Source: a virus. Taken from it: a stretch of 64,000 nt of DNA. The stretch's first letter is position 1, and each line of letters begins with the position of its first letter. The translations under genes and the position numbers were made by a program. The notes beneath the pieces are model-generated. The model worked only from the letters and a program-made list of their open reading frames with translations. It had not been told where the DNA came from and searched no databases. This document shows positions 15,146-24,871 of this stretch, one piece after another. The stretch lies in IMG/VR virus record IMGVR_UViG_3300029787_000001, positions 64,001 through 128,000 of that record. One strand, given 5' to 3'.

Positions 15146-15904
15146 ATGCCCCACATTTCGTTCTCGGCATTAAAAGATTGGAACACTTGCGCTTGGTATC
15201 ACAAGCTGACGCGCATTGATAAGATCGCAGGCTTTAAGGGCAACGCCTACACTGCTTTCGGCAATGCTATTCATGATGTTTGCGAGAAAAAGCTCCTTAA
15301 AGAAGAGATTAGCGAGAATGAGCTTTTTCTAGAACGCTTTGAACATTTTTTGAAGGAACTTCCCGAACCTCAAGATGAAAAGCTTGTAGAACAGATGCGA
15401 GAGCAAGGCAAGCACATACTGCCTGAAATCGAAGATGCTCTAGAAGACTACTTCGGCGATTACGAAGTTCTTGGTTCTGAAATTCCCCTTGAAGAACCCA
15501 TTGAGGATGAAGAAGAGTATATCTTCAAGGGCTACATTGATGGTGTCGTAGCCACACCTGATGGCAAAGTTCACATCTTTGATTGGAAGACTTGTTCTTG
15601 GGGTTGGGATGCAAAGCGCCGCAACTCCCCAATGACCACCTATCAGTTGACTCTCTACAAGCATTTCTTTGCTCGTAAGATGAACATTGATCCAAAAAAC
15701 ATTGAAACGCACTTTGCTCTGCTTAAGAGAACTTCCAAGAAAGAAAGAGTTGAATTCTTTAGAGTAACCTCTGGACCGAGAAAGACTGAAAATGCTACAA
15801 AATTATTGAAAAAAGCTCTATACAATATCAAGAACAAGAGATACATTAAGAATAGAATGTCTTGTAAGTTTTGTAAATTTAACAAGACAGAGCATTGTAG
15901 ATGA
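15146..15904 (+). CDS. PD-(D/E)XK exonuclease, Cas4/AddB-like
   Basis: ISFSAL, GNAIH, KGYIDGV, IFDWKT, QLTLY motifs; one N-terminal Cys plus CKFC...C at C-terminus (Fe-S staple pattern). Confidence 0.85.
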   Translation: MPHISFSALKDWNTCAWYHKLTRIDKIAGFKGNAYTAFGNAIHDVCEKKLLKEEISENELFLERFEHFLKELPEPQDEKLVEQMREQGKHILPEIEDALEDYFGDYEVLGSEIPLEEPIEDEEEYIFKGYIDGVVATPDGKVHIFDWKTCSWGWDAKRRNSPMTTYQLTLYKHFFARKMNIDPKNIETHFALLKRTSKKERVEFFRVTSGPRKTENATKLLKKALYNIKNKRYIKNRMSCKFCKFNKTEHCR

Positions 15905-15913
15905 GGTTCATAA

Positions 15914-16903
15914 ATGCTAGCAGAATACATTTGGGTTGATGGCTCGGAGCCATACCGCCTGCTTAGAAGCAAAACTAGAGTTTTTGAAGAAAGACCAGAA
16001 AAATTTCCATTATGGAACTTTGATGGATCTTCAACAAATCAGGCTAAAGGTAACAGTTCCGACTGTGTCCTTCAGCCTGTTTTTACTTGTAACGACCCGC
16101 TTCGTTACGATAGCGTGCTGGTCATGTGTGAGGTGTTGACACCTGACATGAAGCCGCACCCATCCAACACCCGCGTGTTTGCAGAACAAGTCGAAAACGA
16201 ATATTCGTCAGAGATGGCGCTCTTTGGTCTTGAGCAAGAGTACACCATCTTCAAAGACGGACGCCCGCTGGGCTTCCCAGAAGGAGGCTTCCCAGAACCA
16301 CAGGGCAAATATTACTGCTCTGCTGGCGGTGGCAGAGTCTTTGGTCGCGAGATAGTTGAAGAACATCTTCGACTCTGCCTCTCAGCCGGCTTAAAAATTG
16401 GCGGCGTTAATGCTGAGGTTATGCCCGGTCAGTGGGAATTCCAGATTGGACCTTTGGGAACCGTAGAGACCGGAGATCACTTGAACATTGCACGCTACCT
16501 TTTGGAGCGTGTCAGCGAAGATTATGGTGTAGAAATCAGTTATGCAGCCAAGCCAATGGCAGGCGATTGGAATGGCGCCGGTTGTCACGTTAATTTTTCT
16601 ACTATTCCCATGAGAGAGTCGCTAAAAGCCTGCGAGGATGCATGCCGCGCCCTTGGTAATAACACCGAAGAGCACATTAAAAATTATGGACACGACATCG
16701 AGTCGCGCCTAACAGGAGCACACGAGACGTGTTCTTACAAGGAGTTTCGTTGGGGGGTGTCAGATAGGACAGCCTCAATCCGCATCCCTTGGGGCGTCGC
16801 TAAAGCAGGCAAGGGGTACATTGAAGACCGCCGCCCCAATGCCGACTGTGATCCTTATCTCGTTTGCGGTCTCATCTTAAAAACAGTTATGGAGAACAGA
16901 TGA
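15914..16903 (+). CDS. glnII: Glutamine synthetase, type II
   Basis: AEYIWVDG, LRSKT, WNFDGSST, GLEQEY, NAEVMPGQWEFQIGP, DWNGAGCH, RLTGAHET, EDRRP; 329 aa length fits GSII. Confidence 0.9.
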   Translation: MLAEYIWVDGSEPYRLLRSKTRVFEERPEKFPLWNFDGSSTNQAKGNSSDCVLQPVFTCNDPLRYDSVLVMCEVLTPDMKPHPSNTRVFAEQVENEYSSEMALFGLEQEYTIFKDGRPLGFPEGGFPEPQGKYYCSAGGGRVFGREIVEEHLRLCLSAGLKIGGVNAEVMPGQWEFQIGPLGTVETGDHLNIARYLLERVSEDYGVEISYAAKPMAGDWNGAGCHVNFSTIPMRESLKACEDACRALGNNTEEHIKNYGHDIESRLTGAHETCSYKEFRWGVSDRTASIRIPWGVAKAGKGYIEDRRPNADCDPYLVCGLILKTVMENR

Positions 16904-18180
16904 CAAAAAAGAAAATCTTAGTCCTCTCAGACCACCCCCTATCACCCTCTGGCGTAGGGACTCAAACAAAGTACATGATTGAGGCACTATTGAAGACCGG
17001 TCGCTATCAGTTTGTTTGCCTCGGAGGTGCCGTAAAGCACGGGGACTACACGCCTCAGATGGTCGATCCTTGGGGTGATGATTGGCGCATTTTCCCAGTT
17101 GATGGCTATGGTAACCACGAGATTATTCGCTCTGTGTTACAAAAAGAACGTCCAGACGCCTTGTGGTTTATGACAGACCCCAGATTCTATGGATGGCTTT
17201 GGGAAATTGAAAACGAGGTCCGAGCAAACATCCCCATGGTTTACTACCATGTCTGGGACAACTTCCCCGCCCCACAGTACAACGCTGATTTTTACAACTC
17301 TACAGATGTGGTTGCCTGCATTTCTAAAGTCACACATGCAGTCGTGCAAGATGTGGCGCCAGAAGTAGAGTCTTGCTATCTCCCGCACGCAGTCAATGAA
17401 TCCATCTTCCATCCTGCTAAGACTGATGAAGAAGAAAGAGCACAAGTCATAATGCGCAAAAGGGTTATGGACACATCTACCGCCATTCACCCAAAAAAGA
17501 AAATCTTCTTCTGGAACAACCGTAATGCCCGACGCAAGCAGAGTGGCACCCTTATTTGGTGGTTCAAGGAGTGGCTCGATAAGGTCGGACACGACAAGGC
17601 AACTCTCTTGATGCACACAGATCCTCGCGACCCTCACGGTCAAGATCTGCCACATCTAATCAACCATCTTGGTCTAGATAATGGACAAGTCCTAATGTCC
17701 ACCAAGAAAGTTCCACCCGAAGAACTTGCCAATCTCTACAGAATGGCAGACTACACCATCAACATCTCTGATGCTGAGGGCTTTGGTCTTGCAACTCTTG
17801 AGTCACTTTCTTGCGGAACACCAATCATTGTTAACATGACAGGCGGGCTACAAGAACAGGTAACAGACGGAAAGGATTGGTTTGGCTTCGGCATCGAGCC
17901 TGCATCGAAGACAGTCATCGGCTCTCTGCAAGTGCCCTACATCTATGAGGATCGCATTTCACAGCGAGACTTCGAGAAGACACTTACGAAGGCACTTAAG
18001 AACCCAACAAAGAAATACAGACAAATGGCTTCACAGGGTCGCAGGCACGTGCTAAAATCTTACAACTTTGAGACTTTTGAAAAGTCTTGGATTGATTTAA
18101 TGGACAAAGTCATAGAAGAGCATGGCTCTTGGGAAACAAGACAAAAATACCAACGCTGGCATTTGATGGAGGTAGCGTGA
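16900..18180 (+). CDS. Glycosyltransferase family 4 (GT-B)
   Basis: SGVGTQ, NRNARRKQ, EGFGLATLESLSCGTPII motif; start at ATG 16900 from RBS GGAG. Confidence 0.85.
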   Translation: MTKKKILVLSDHPLSPSGVGTQTKYMIEALLKTGRYQFVCLGGAVKHGDYTPQMVDPWGDDWRIFPVDGYGNHEIIRSVLQKERPDALWFMTDPRFYGWLWEIENEVRANIPMVYYHVWDNFPAPQYNADFYNSTDVVACISKVTHAVVQDVAPEVESCYLPHAVNESIFHPAKTDEEERAQVIMRKRVMDTSTAIHPKKKIFFWNNRNARRKQSGTLIWWFKEWLDKVGHDKATLLMHTDPRDPHGQDLPHLINHLGLDNGQVLMSTKKVPPEELANLYRMADYTINISDAEGFGLATLESLSCGTPIIVNMTGGLQEQVTDGKDWFGFGIEPASKTVIGSLQVPYIYEDRISQRDFEKTLTKALKNPTKKYRQMASQGRRHVLKSYNFETFEKSWIDLMDKVIEEHGSWETRQKYQRWHLMEVA

Positions 18181-19418
18181 AAAAGAAAGTTTTGCTAAAG
18201 GGTCCTCTACTGACCCGCTCTGGCTATGGAGAACAAGCTCGCTTTGCTCTCCGTTCACTTCGATCTCGTGAAGATCTATTTGAAGTCTTTATTCAGCCTC
18301 TACAGTGGGGCAAGACCTCTTGGGCTTCCGAGATGGATGAAGAGCGTGTCTGGATTGATGAGACCATCGAAAAGACTATCGCTTACGTCCAACAAGGCGG
18401 ACAGTTTGATGTTTCGCTACAAGTGACCATTCCCAACGAGTTCCAGCGACTTGCCCCTATCAATGTCGGCTACACCGCCGGCATCGAGACTACAAAAGTA
18501 GCGCACCAGTGGATTCAGAAAGCAAATGAGATGGACAAGATTATTGTTGTCTCCAACCACTCTAAGCAAGTGTTCGAGAGCACAGAGTACGCCGCTACAA
18601 ACCAACAAACTGGAGAGCAGGTCACCCTGCGCACCCAGACCCCTGTTGAATCTGCCGGCTATCCTGTGAAGACCTATGAAAACCTACCAGAACTAGAACT
18701 CGGTCTATCAACCGCATTCAACTTCTTGACGGTCGCCCAGTTTGGTCCGAGAAAGAACCTCCACAACACTATCAAGTGGTTTATTGAAGAGTTTAGAAAT
18801 GAAGATGTCGGTCTTGTAGTCAAGTCCAACATAGCAAAGAACTCCCTAATGGATCGTAAGAAGCTCCATGGAGATCTGACCCACTTCCTACGTCAACAGG
18901 GAGAGAGACAATGCAAGGTATACCTCCTACACGGCGACATGACTGACGCCGAAATGCACTCCTTGTATTCCAACCAGCAAATCCATGCATTTGTCTCTCT
19001 CCCACATGGCGAAGGCTTTGGTCTACCATTGTTTGAAGCAGCCTACTCAGGTCTTCCTGTGGTCGCTACAGGGTGGTCTGGTCAGCTAGATTTTCTTATT
19101 GATAGCGAAGGTCAAGAACAATTTTATAACGTAGCCTTCGACCTGCAACAAGTCCAGAAAGAGGTTGTTTGGGATGGGGTAATCGTCCCTGACTCCATGT
19201 GGGCTTATGCTCGCGAAGGATCTGCAAAACAACAAATGCGCAAGTGCTACGAGGAAAAAACTGTAGAACGCGACCTCACATATGCACAGAGCCTGACAGA
19301 ACGCTTCTCTGAAGAAAAGATGTATGAGAGGTTTGTCAGCCTGACACAATCACAAGAGGCAGCCGAGATGTCTGAATGGTTGAAAGAACTAGAAGAAGAA
19401 TTGGAAGAATATGAATAA
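18177..19418 (+). CDS. Glycosyltransferase family 4 (GT-B)
   Basis: SGYG, RKNL, GEGFGLPLFEAAYSGLPVVAT; GTG start at 18177 after GGAGG. Confidence 0.85.
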   Translation: MKKKVLLKGPLLTRSGYGEQARFALRSLRSREDLFEVFIQPLQWGKTSWASEMDEERVWIDETIEKTIAYVQQGGQFDVSLQVTIPNEFQRLAPINVGYTAGIETTKVAHQWIQKANEMDKIIVVSNHSKQVFESTEYAATNQQTGEQVTLRTQTPVESAGYPVKTYENLPELELGLSTAFNFLTVAQFGPRKNLHNTIKWFIEEFRNEDVGLVVKSNIAKNSLMDRKKLHGDLTHFLRQQGERQCKVYLLHGDMTDAEMHSLYSNQQIHAFVSLPHGEGFGLPLFEAAYSGLPVVATGWSGQLDFLIDSEGQEQFYNVAFDLQQVQKEVVWDGVIVPDSMWAYAREGSAKQQMRKCYEEKTVERDLTYAQSLTERFSEEKMYERFVSLTQSQEAAEMSEWLKELEEELEEYE

Positions 19419-20250
19419 AATTGTATTTGTCTCAGATTTTTTTATTGAGGACATAGTAGGTGGCGGTGAACTAAACGATTATGAAGTTTATAAATTGTTT
19501 GTTCAAAAAGGATATGAGGTTGGCAGAATTAGAAGCCATATGTTCGCTTCTGACCATCTAGACAAAGATGCATTTTATGTAATTTCCAATTTCATTAATC
19601 TTAATTATCAATTAAGAGAGCTACTACAGGATTACAATTATATAATTTACGAGCATGATCACAAATACATACGCTCTAGAAACCCAGCGCTATACAAAAA
19701 CTTTGAAGCTCCAAAAGACCAGATAATCAATCAGGACTTTTACGATAATGCGGCGGCTGTTTTGTGTCAGTCAAATTTTCACATGGACATAGTAAAAAAA
19801 AACATATGTTTAGATAATATTGTAAGCGTAGGCGGCAATGTCTGGAGTCTAAAATCATTAGATTTTATGAGACAAATAAGTCAAGTAGAAAAAAAAAATA
19901 AAACTTCAATATTACATTCAAATATTGAGCACAAAAATACATTGGGTGCAATAGAATATTGTATTAGAAAGAATGAAAGTTACGAGCTAGTGAGTGATAA
20001 AGATTACTATTCTTTTCTATCTAAGTTAGGCAAAAATAGAAAGTTTGTCTTTATACCAAAAACTCCTGAAACTCTCTCTAGGGTATGCGTCGAAGCCAGA
20101 ATGATGAATATGTCAGTTGTCGTTAACAGTCTGATCGGCGCAAGCAAAGAGCCTTGGTATTCACTAAAGGGCACAGATTTGATTGATTATATGATAGAAA
20201 AAAGGGAAAAAGTTGTAGAAAAAATAATAGGAATCTTCAATGAGCAATAG
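19411..20250 (+). CDS. Probable glycosyltransferase (GT-B-like)
   Basis: GGGE N-terminal loop; PETLSRVCVEARM resembles GT4 ExxGxxxxEA motif; cluster context. Confidence 0.5.
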   Translation: MNKIVFVSDFFIEDIVGGGELNDYEVYKLFVQKGYEVGRIRSHMFASDHLDKDAFYVISNFINLNYQLRELLQDYNYIIYEHDHKYIRSRNPALYKNFEAPKDQIINQDFYDNAAAVLCQSNFHMDIVKKNICLDNIVSVGGNVWSLKSLDFMRQISQVEKKNKTSILHSNIEHKNTLGAIEYCIRKNESYELVSDKDYYSFLSKLGKNRKFVFIPKTPETLSRVCVEARMMNMSVVVNSLIGASKEPWYSLKGTDLIDYMIEKREKVVEKIIGIFNEQ

Positions 20251-20980
20251 ATTTATAATAATGGTGCCGTTCTACAATGTACAAAAATGGATAAAATACA
20301 ATATCGCATCTATTAAAAAACAGAAGTATGATAATTTTATCTGTGTCTTGGTTGATGACATATCCACTGATAACTCTTATGAGGTTGCGAAAAAGATGGT
20401 GGGTGAAGACCCGCGTTTCATTTTGGTCAAAAACACTGAGAAAAAACTAGCTCTAAGAAATATTTATGAAGGTATTGAATTGGCAGATCCTAGCCAAGAA
20501 GATATCATTGTGACTTTGGATGGAGATGATTGGTTTAGCTCTGATGATGTTTTAAGCTATCTCGATGAATTCTATAATCAACAAGATTGTTGGCTCACAT
20601 ATGGCAGCTATTTAGAGTTTCCTAGTGGTCGTAGAGGCAAATTCACCAGACAAATACCCCAGCAGGTTATAGATCTGAATGCTTATAGACAATACGAGTG
20701 GTGTAGCTCACACCTTAGGACGTTTAAATATCACTTATGGTCTAAGATCGAAAAAGAGGATTTATTAGATTCTGAAGGCAACTTTTATAAAATGGCTTGG
20801 GACTTATCTTTTATGTTTCCAATGCTAGAGATGTCAAAAAACAAGTCAAGATTTATAGATAAATGTTTATATACATATAATCTTGATAATCCATTAAACG
20901 ATCATAAGACAGATAATGCTTATCAGGTCAGGCTTGAGATGGAAATTAGAAACAAGCCAAAATATGAGGAAATAATATAA
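20240..20980 (+). CDS. Glycosyltransferase family 2
   Basis: IMVPFYN, VDDISTD, LDGDDW motifs. Confidence 0.85.
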   Translation: MSNRFIIMVPFYNVQKWIKYNIASIKKQKYDNFICVLVDDISTDNSYEVAKKMVGEDPRFILVKNTEKKLALRNIYEGIELADPSQEDIIVTLDGDDWFSSDDVLSYLDEFYNQQDCWLTYGSYLEFPSGRRGKFTRQIPQQVIDLNAYRQYEWCSSHLRTFKYHLWSKIEKEDLLDSEGNFYKMAWDLSFMFPMLEMSKNKSRFIDKCLYTYNLDNPLNDHKTDNAYQVRLEMEIRNKPKYEEII

Positions 20981-21789
20981 TGTTAACTTGTGACGTAATG
21001 GGACCTAGTAAAATAGATGGGCATTATCTTGCTGGTCTTGGTAATCAAATGTTTACAATCGCCGCCACCGTGGCATTAGCATTGGATAATGAAGATGTCG
21101 CAGTTTTCCCAGACTTACAAAACAGAGACTGGTTCGGAACATATACAGATAATGTCTTTAGAAAGCTGACGATTGATGGAGATAAAGGGTTTGTAAAATA
21201 TCTATATCAAGAGCCAAGCTGGAAGTTTGCCAAAATACCATATAAAAAGGATCTGTGCTTAAGTGGTTATTTTCAATCAGAGAAATATTTTGCCCACAGA
21301 AGAAAGGAAATATTAAAAGTATTTGAAATTCCTGATTCTATTTTGGGTCACATAAAAGAAAAATATTCTGACATATTTGCAAAACAAAAACTTATTGGAG
21401 TTCATGTAAGAAGAGGTGACTACTTGACACCAACGCTAAGCCAATTTCATCATGCTCAAGCAGTTGACTATTATCACAGAGCCATGAGCTTGTTTGATGA
21501 AGATAGCAACTTTATATTTTTTAGTGACGACATAGAATGGTGTAAACAAAATTTTTCATCTATAAATAACACCCACTTTATAGAAGGAGAGACTGATGTT
21601 GTTGATTTATATTTTATGTCAGTTATGGAACACAATATAATCGCAAACTCTACGTTCTCATGGTGGGGTGCTTGGCTCAACCAAAATCCAGACAAAATAG
21701 TTATTGCTCCACACAAGTGGTATGGTCCTAAAAATTCACACCTAGAAGATAACGATATAATCCCAGAACATTGGAAGATTGTAAAATGA
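20980..21789 (+). CDS. Glycosyltransferase family 11 (alpha-1,2-fucosyltransferase family)
   Basis: GLGNQMF, GYFQSEKYF, HVRRGDY, FSDDIEWC, NSTFSWWGAWL. Confidence 0.9.
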   Translation: MLTCDVMGPSKIDGHYLAGLGNQMFTIAATVALALDNEDVAVFPDLQNRDWFGTYTDNVFRKLTIDGDKGFVKYLYQEPSWKFAKIPYKKDLCLSGYFQSEKYFAHRRKEILKVFEIPDSILGHIKEKYSDIFAKQKLIGVHVRRGDYLTPTLSQFHHAQAVDYYHRAMSLFDEDSNFIFFSDDIEWCKQNFSSINNTHFIEGETDVVDLYFMSVMEHNIIANSTFSWWGAWLNQNPDKIVIAPHKWYGPKNSHLEDNDIIPEHWKIVK

Positions 21790-22481
21790 AAATAGCTGTA
21801 CTAAATGTCGCAACTGGCGGATACATTGATTTGTCAAAGCGCCTGTTTGAAAGTATAAAGAGCAACTTTTTAGTTGATCATCAAGTAGACATCTTTTTGT
21901 TTACTGACAGCGATGAGCAATTTGCAGATAATATTAAAAAGTATAATATTAAAAGAAGAGGTTTTCCCGGTGATACACTGCTTAGATATCATTACTTTTT
22001 GCTAGCTGAGAAAGAATTGTTGCAGTATGATTTTCTTTTCTATCTTGACGCAGATTTGTATATAGAGAAGTCAATTGGAGAAGAAATAATTTCTGACATT
22101 GTTGCTGTTCATCATCCGGGCTTCTTTGGAAAAACCAATGGTACCTTTGAGCGACGACAAATATCAACAGCCTTTGTAGATTCAAATATCAATAGCCCTT
22201 ATTTTTGCGGTGGTGTTCAGGGCGGCAGAACGGAACATTATTTAGCAGTTTGCAGAGAGATAAAGAACAACATAAACGTTGATATGTCAAAGGGCGTGAT
22301 GGCGGTGTGGCATGACGAGTCGCATTGGAATCACTTTTTATCAATTAATAAACCAACCCTTGCGCTAGATCCAAGATACTGTTATCCAACTGACGCTCAT
22401 TTTCCATGGATTGAAAACCTCAACGATGATCGCAAAATTATAACTGTAGAAAAAAACGAAGAAGAGATAAGAAAATTATGA
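21786..22481 (+). CDS. Glycosyltransferase family 6 (ABO/alpha-1,3-Gal(NAc)T family), DXD type
   Basis: ATGGY, FLFTD, YLDAD, HPGF, FERR, YFCGGVQGG, WHDESHWN. Confidence 0.85.
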   Translation: MKIAVLNVATGGYIDLSKRLFESIKSNFLVDHQVDIFLFTDSDEQFADNIKKYNIKRRGFPGDTLLRYHYFLLAEKELLQYDFLFYLDADLYIEKSIGEEIISDIVAVHHPGFFGKTNGTFERRQISTAFVDSNINSPYFCGGVQGGRTEHYLAVCREIKNNINVDMSKGVMAVWHDESHWNHFLSINKPTLALDPRYCYPTDAHFPWIENLNDDRKIITVEKNEEEIRKL

Positions 22482-23206
22482 ACCCACAACAACAATATAA
22501 AGGTTACCTGTCAGGCAAGAGAGTAGCTGTAGTTGGTCCTTCTAAGAGCGTAATGTTGGCTGAAGATGGTGATTTAATTGATTCTTATGATGTTGTAGTA
22601 AGACTAAATAACATGTTGGAAATTAGCGAGGAGCATCAAAAATACTTTGGTAGTAGAACCGATGTTATATACGCAACGCTAGATGACCCTCCTAAGCAAA
22701 TTGCGCTACAGTGCGCCAGAGCAAAAGTAAAATTTCTATCGTCCTCATATCCCACAGATGAGTGGTTTTTCCAACAACGAATGGCTAGAAATGTTATGTT
22801 TTTGAAGAATGTAAAGCACTTCTCAACCGTTACAATGCCCAGTGAACCTTACTGGACAATAAAAAATGAAATGAGTTCTAGACCAAATACGGGTTTCTGT
22901 GCTATAATGGATTTATTGTCTTCGGACTTAAAGGAACTTTTCATAGTTGGAATTGATTTTTATAGAAACATAATGATTGATTCTGAAGATGCTTATTTTA
23001 GTGATTATTTTTGCCAATGGTCGGATAAAAAGAGTAAACAATTTTTAGAGATAGAATACGATGGGCATGATCATCATAACCCGGATAACGATTTTAGGCA
23101 TTTTAAGTACAACATGTACCTAAAAGATGATAGAATCAAAGTAACCTCTTTCATAGAAAAAATTCTAATTAATAGTGCATATGAAAGTTTGTCAAACTGT
23201 ATATAA
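22478..23206 (+). CDS. Glycosyltransferase family 29-like (sialyltransferase-type)
   Basis: Sialylmotif-L-like VAVVGPS...IDSYDVVVRLN...GSRTD; S-like PNTGFCAI...LFIVGIDF; VS-like His near C-terminus. Confidence 0.7.
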   Translation: MNPQQQYKGYLSGKRVAVVGPSKSVMLAEDGDLIDSYDVVVRLNNMLEISEEHQKYFGSRTDVIYATLDDPPKQIALQCARAKVKFLSSSYPTDEWFFQQRMARNVMFLKNVKHFSTVTMPSEPYWTIKNEMSSRPNTGFCAIMDLLSSDLKELFIVGIDFYRNIMIDSEDAYFSDYFCQWSDKKSKQFLEIEYDGHDHHNPDNDFRHFKYNMYLKDDRIKVTSFIEKILINSAYESLSNCI

Positions 23207-23228
23207 GTTTTAAATTAGGAGTCAAATT

Positions 23229-24209
23229 TTGTTAGATATAGAAAACATTGAATCTAAATTCAATTCTGTTATTAATACCTGTGAGTTTAGAGAGTTACAA
23301 ACTGTTTATAATAAAGCAAAGCACGTTTTTTTCTTTGGTCATGGTGGCAACATGAGTATCGCTGAGCATGCAGCCATAGACGCCTCTAGGCTTACAAACA
23401 AGAACGTGTACGCCCCCGGTGGTGGCGTGATAGTAACCTCTATCCAAGGAGATACTAGTTTTAACGATTGGATACAAAGCTGGCTAGAAATTAGAACTAG
23501 AAATCTAAATTTTGATGAGTGCCTTGCGATTGGGCTATCATGCTCTACTAGTGGCGCCTCATCAGACTGTCTCGCAACTGCGTTAAACTGGGCAGCCGAA
23601 GCTGGCATTCCCAGTGCTCTTTGGGCAGCCCAGCCAAAAGAAAAAGGAATCAATTCAAAGGTAGTCCAAATAATACAGCATGCCAAGCACTACCATACAT
23701 CTGAAATACTGTCTTTGACCATGACTTATGAATTAATTCATGGTGCTGGATTCACATGCCCCAGCATATCCAAGAAGGCTCAGCAAAGAAGATTTGAAAA
23801 GCTAGGAATTGAATCAGAAGTAGAAATACATAATAAAGAAGTTCCTCCGGGCATGGAGCATCAATTGTCAAATCTGGCAATTGATTTTGACGGTGTTGTG
23901 CACACATTTGATAAGGGATGGCACGATGGTACGTGCTACGGTGAGCCAATAGAAGGAGCAGTAGAGGCTATAAAAAGCTTATCTGAACACTGGAACATTA
24001 TTATTTTTTCTGCCAAGGTTAGACCTGATAGACCGCTTGTAAACGGTATGACTGGATACGAGTTGGTAGATGAATGGCTAGAGAAGCATGGAGTTCGCAA
24101 CTGTGTTTCTGAGATAACTCATGAAAAGCCACGAGCTAAATTTTACATCGATGATAAGGCTATTGAATTTAAAAACAATTGGGATGATATCCTTGAGAGG
24201 TTAAAGTGA
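23229..24209 (+). CDS. SIS-domain sugar isomerase fused to HAD-family phosphatase
   Basis: FFGHGGNMSIAEHAAID (GmhA-like SIS), GLSCS; C-terminal LAIDFDGVVH, IIFSAK, YIDDKA. Confidence 0.75.
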   Translation: MLDIENIESKFNSVINTCEFRELQTVYNKAKHVFFFGHGGNMSIAEHAAIDASRLTNKNVYAPGGGVIVTSIQGDTSFNDWIQSWLEIRTRNLNFDECLAIGLSCSTSGASSDCLATALNWAAEAGIPSALWAAQPKEKGINSKVVQIIQHAKHYHTSEILSLTMTYELIHGAGFTCPSISKKAQQRRFEKLGIESEVEIHNKEVPPGMEHQLSNLAIDFDGVVHTFDKGWHDGTCYGEPIEGAVEAIKSLSEHWNIIIFSAKVRPDRPLVNGMTGYELVDEWLEKHGVRNCVSEITHEKPRAKFYIDDKAIEFKNNWDDILERLK

Positions 24210-24871
24210 AAAAAGTAACTGCCGTTATTCCAGTCCGAAAGGGCTCCGTAAGAGTTAAAAACAAGAATCTTAAACCGTTTGCAGACACAAATTTACTAGA
24301 ACTAAAGATTCGACAGCTTAAGCAAGTAAATCTTCTAGATGAGATTGTTGTTAGTTCTGACTGCGATAAGATGCTTTCTTTGGCACATAGTCTTGGAGTG
24401 GGTGTTCATAAAAGAGAAGACTATTATGCTAGCTCAGAGGCAACAAATTCAGAGTTTTTTGAAAATATTGGAAAGTCTATTGACGCTAGCTACATTATGT
24501 ACAGCCCGGTGACCTGCCCTTTGATATCTTTAGAGACATATTTTGACTGCTTGTCGTCTTTTAAGAATGACCAACAATTAAAAAACTTAGTCACCGCTCG
24601 TAGAGTAAACCATCACATGTGGCTTGATGGCAAGCCTCTAAATTACGATATCGCAAACTCTCCAAATAGCCAGGATTTGCCAAATATTCATGCTATCACG
24701 TATGGTATCTCTATAATTTCAAGAAAAGAAATGATAGAATATAAAAACATTGTGAACGAAAACCCAACATTCAAAGTATTAGATGAAATAGAATCTATGG
24801 ATATTGATACGGAATTTGATTTTATGGTAGCCGAGATGATTTACAATAAACTATACAGAGACATAAAATGA
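24206..24871 (+). CDS. CMP-ulosonic acid synthetase (NeuA/acylneuraminate cytidylyltransferase family)
   Basis: AVIPVRKGSVRVKNKN, IVVSSD, SMDIDTEFDF. Confidence 0.85.
   Translation: MKKVTAVIPVRKGSVRVKNKNLKPFADTNLLELKIRQLKQVNLLDEIVVSSDCDKMLSLAHSLGVGVHKREDYYASSEATNSEFFENIGKSIDASYIMYSPVTCPLISLETYFDCLSSFKNDQQLKNLVTARRVNHHMWLDGKPLNYDIANSPNSQDLPNIHAITYGISIISRKEMIEYKNIVNENPTFKVLDEIESMDIDTEFDFMVAEMIYNKLYRDIK

Noticed and set aside
9845-23206. Eukaryotic virus (NCLDV) or eukaryotic origin suggested by HAD-PMM, GSII, GT29 and the A34 tRNA
   Set aside because: Shine-Dalgarno sites, coupled operons, sigma70 promoters, a phage sigma factor, PhoH and gp25/gp6-like baseplate genes indicate a bacteriophage
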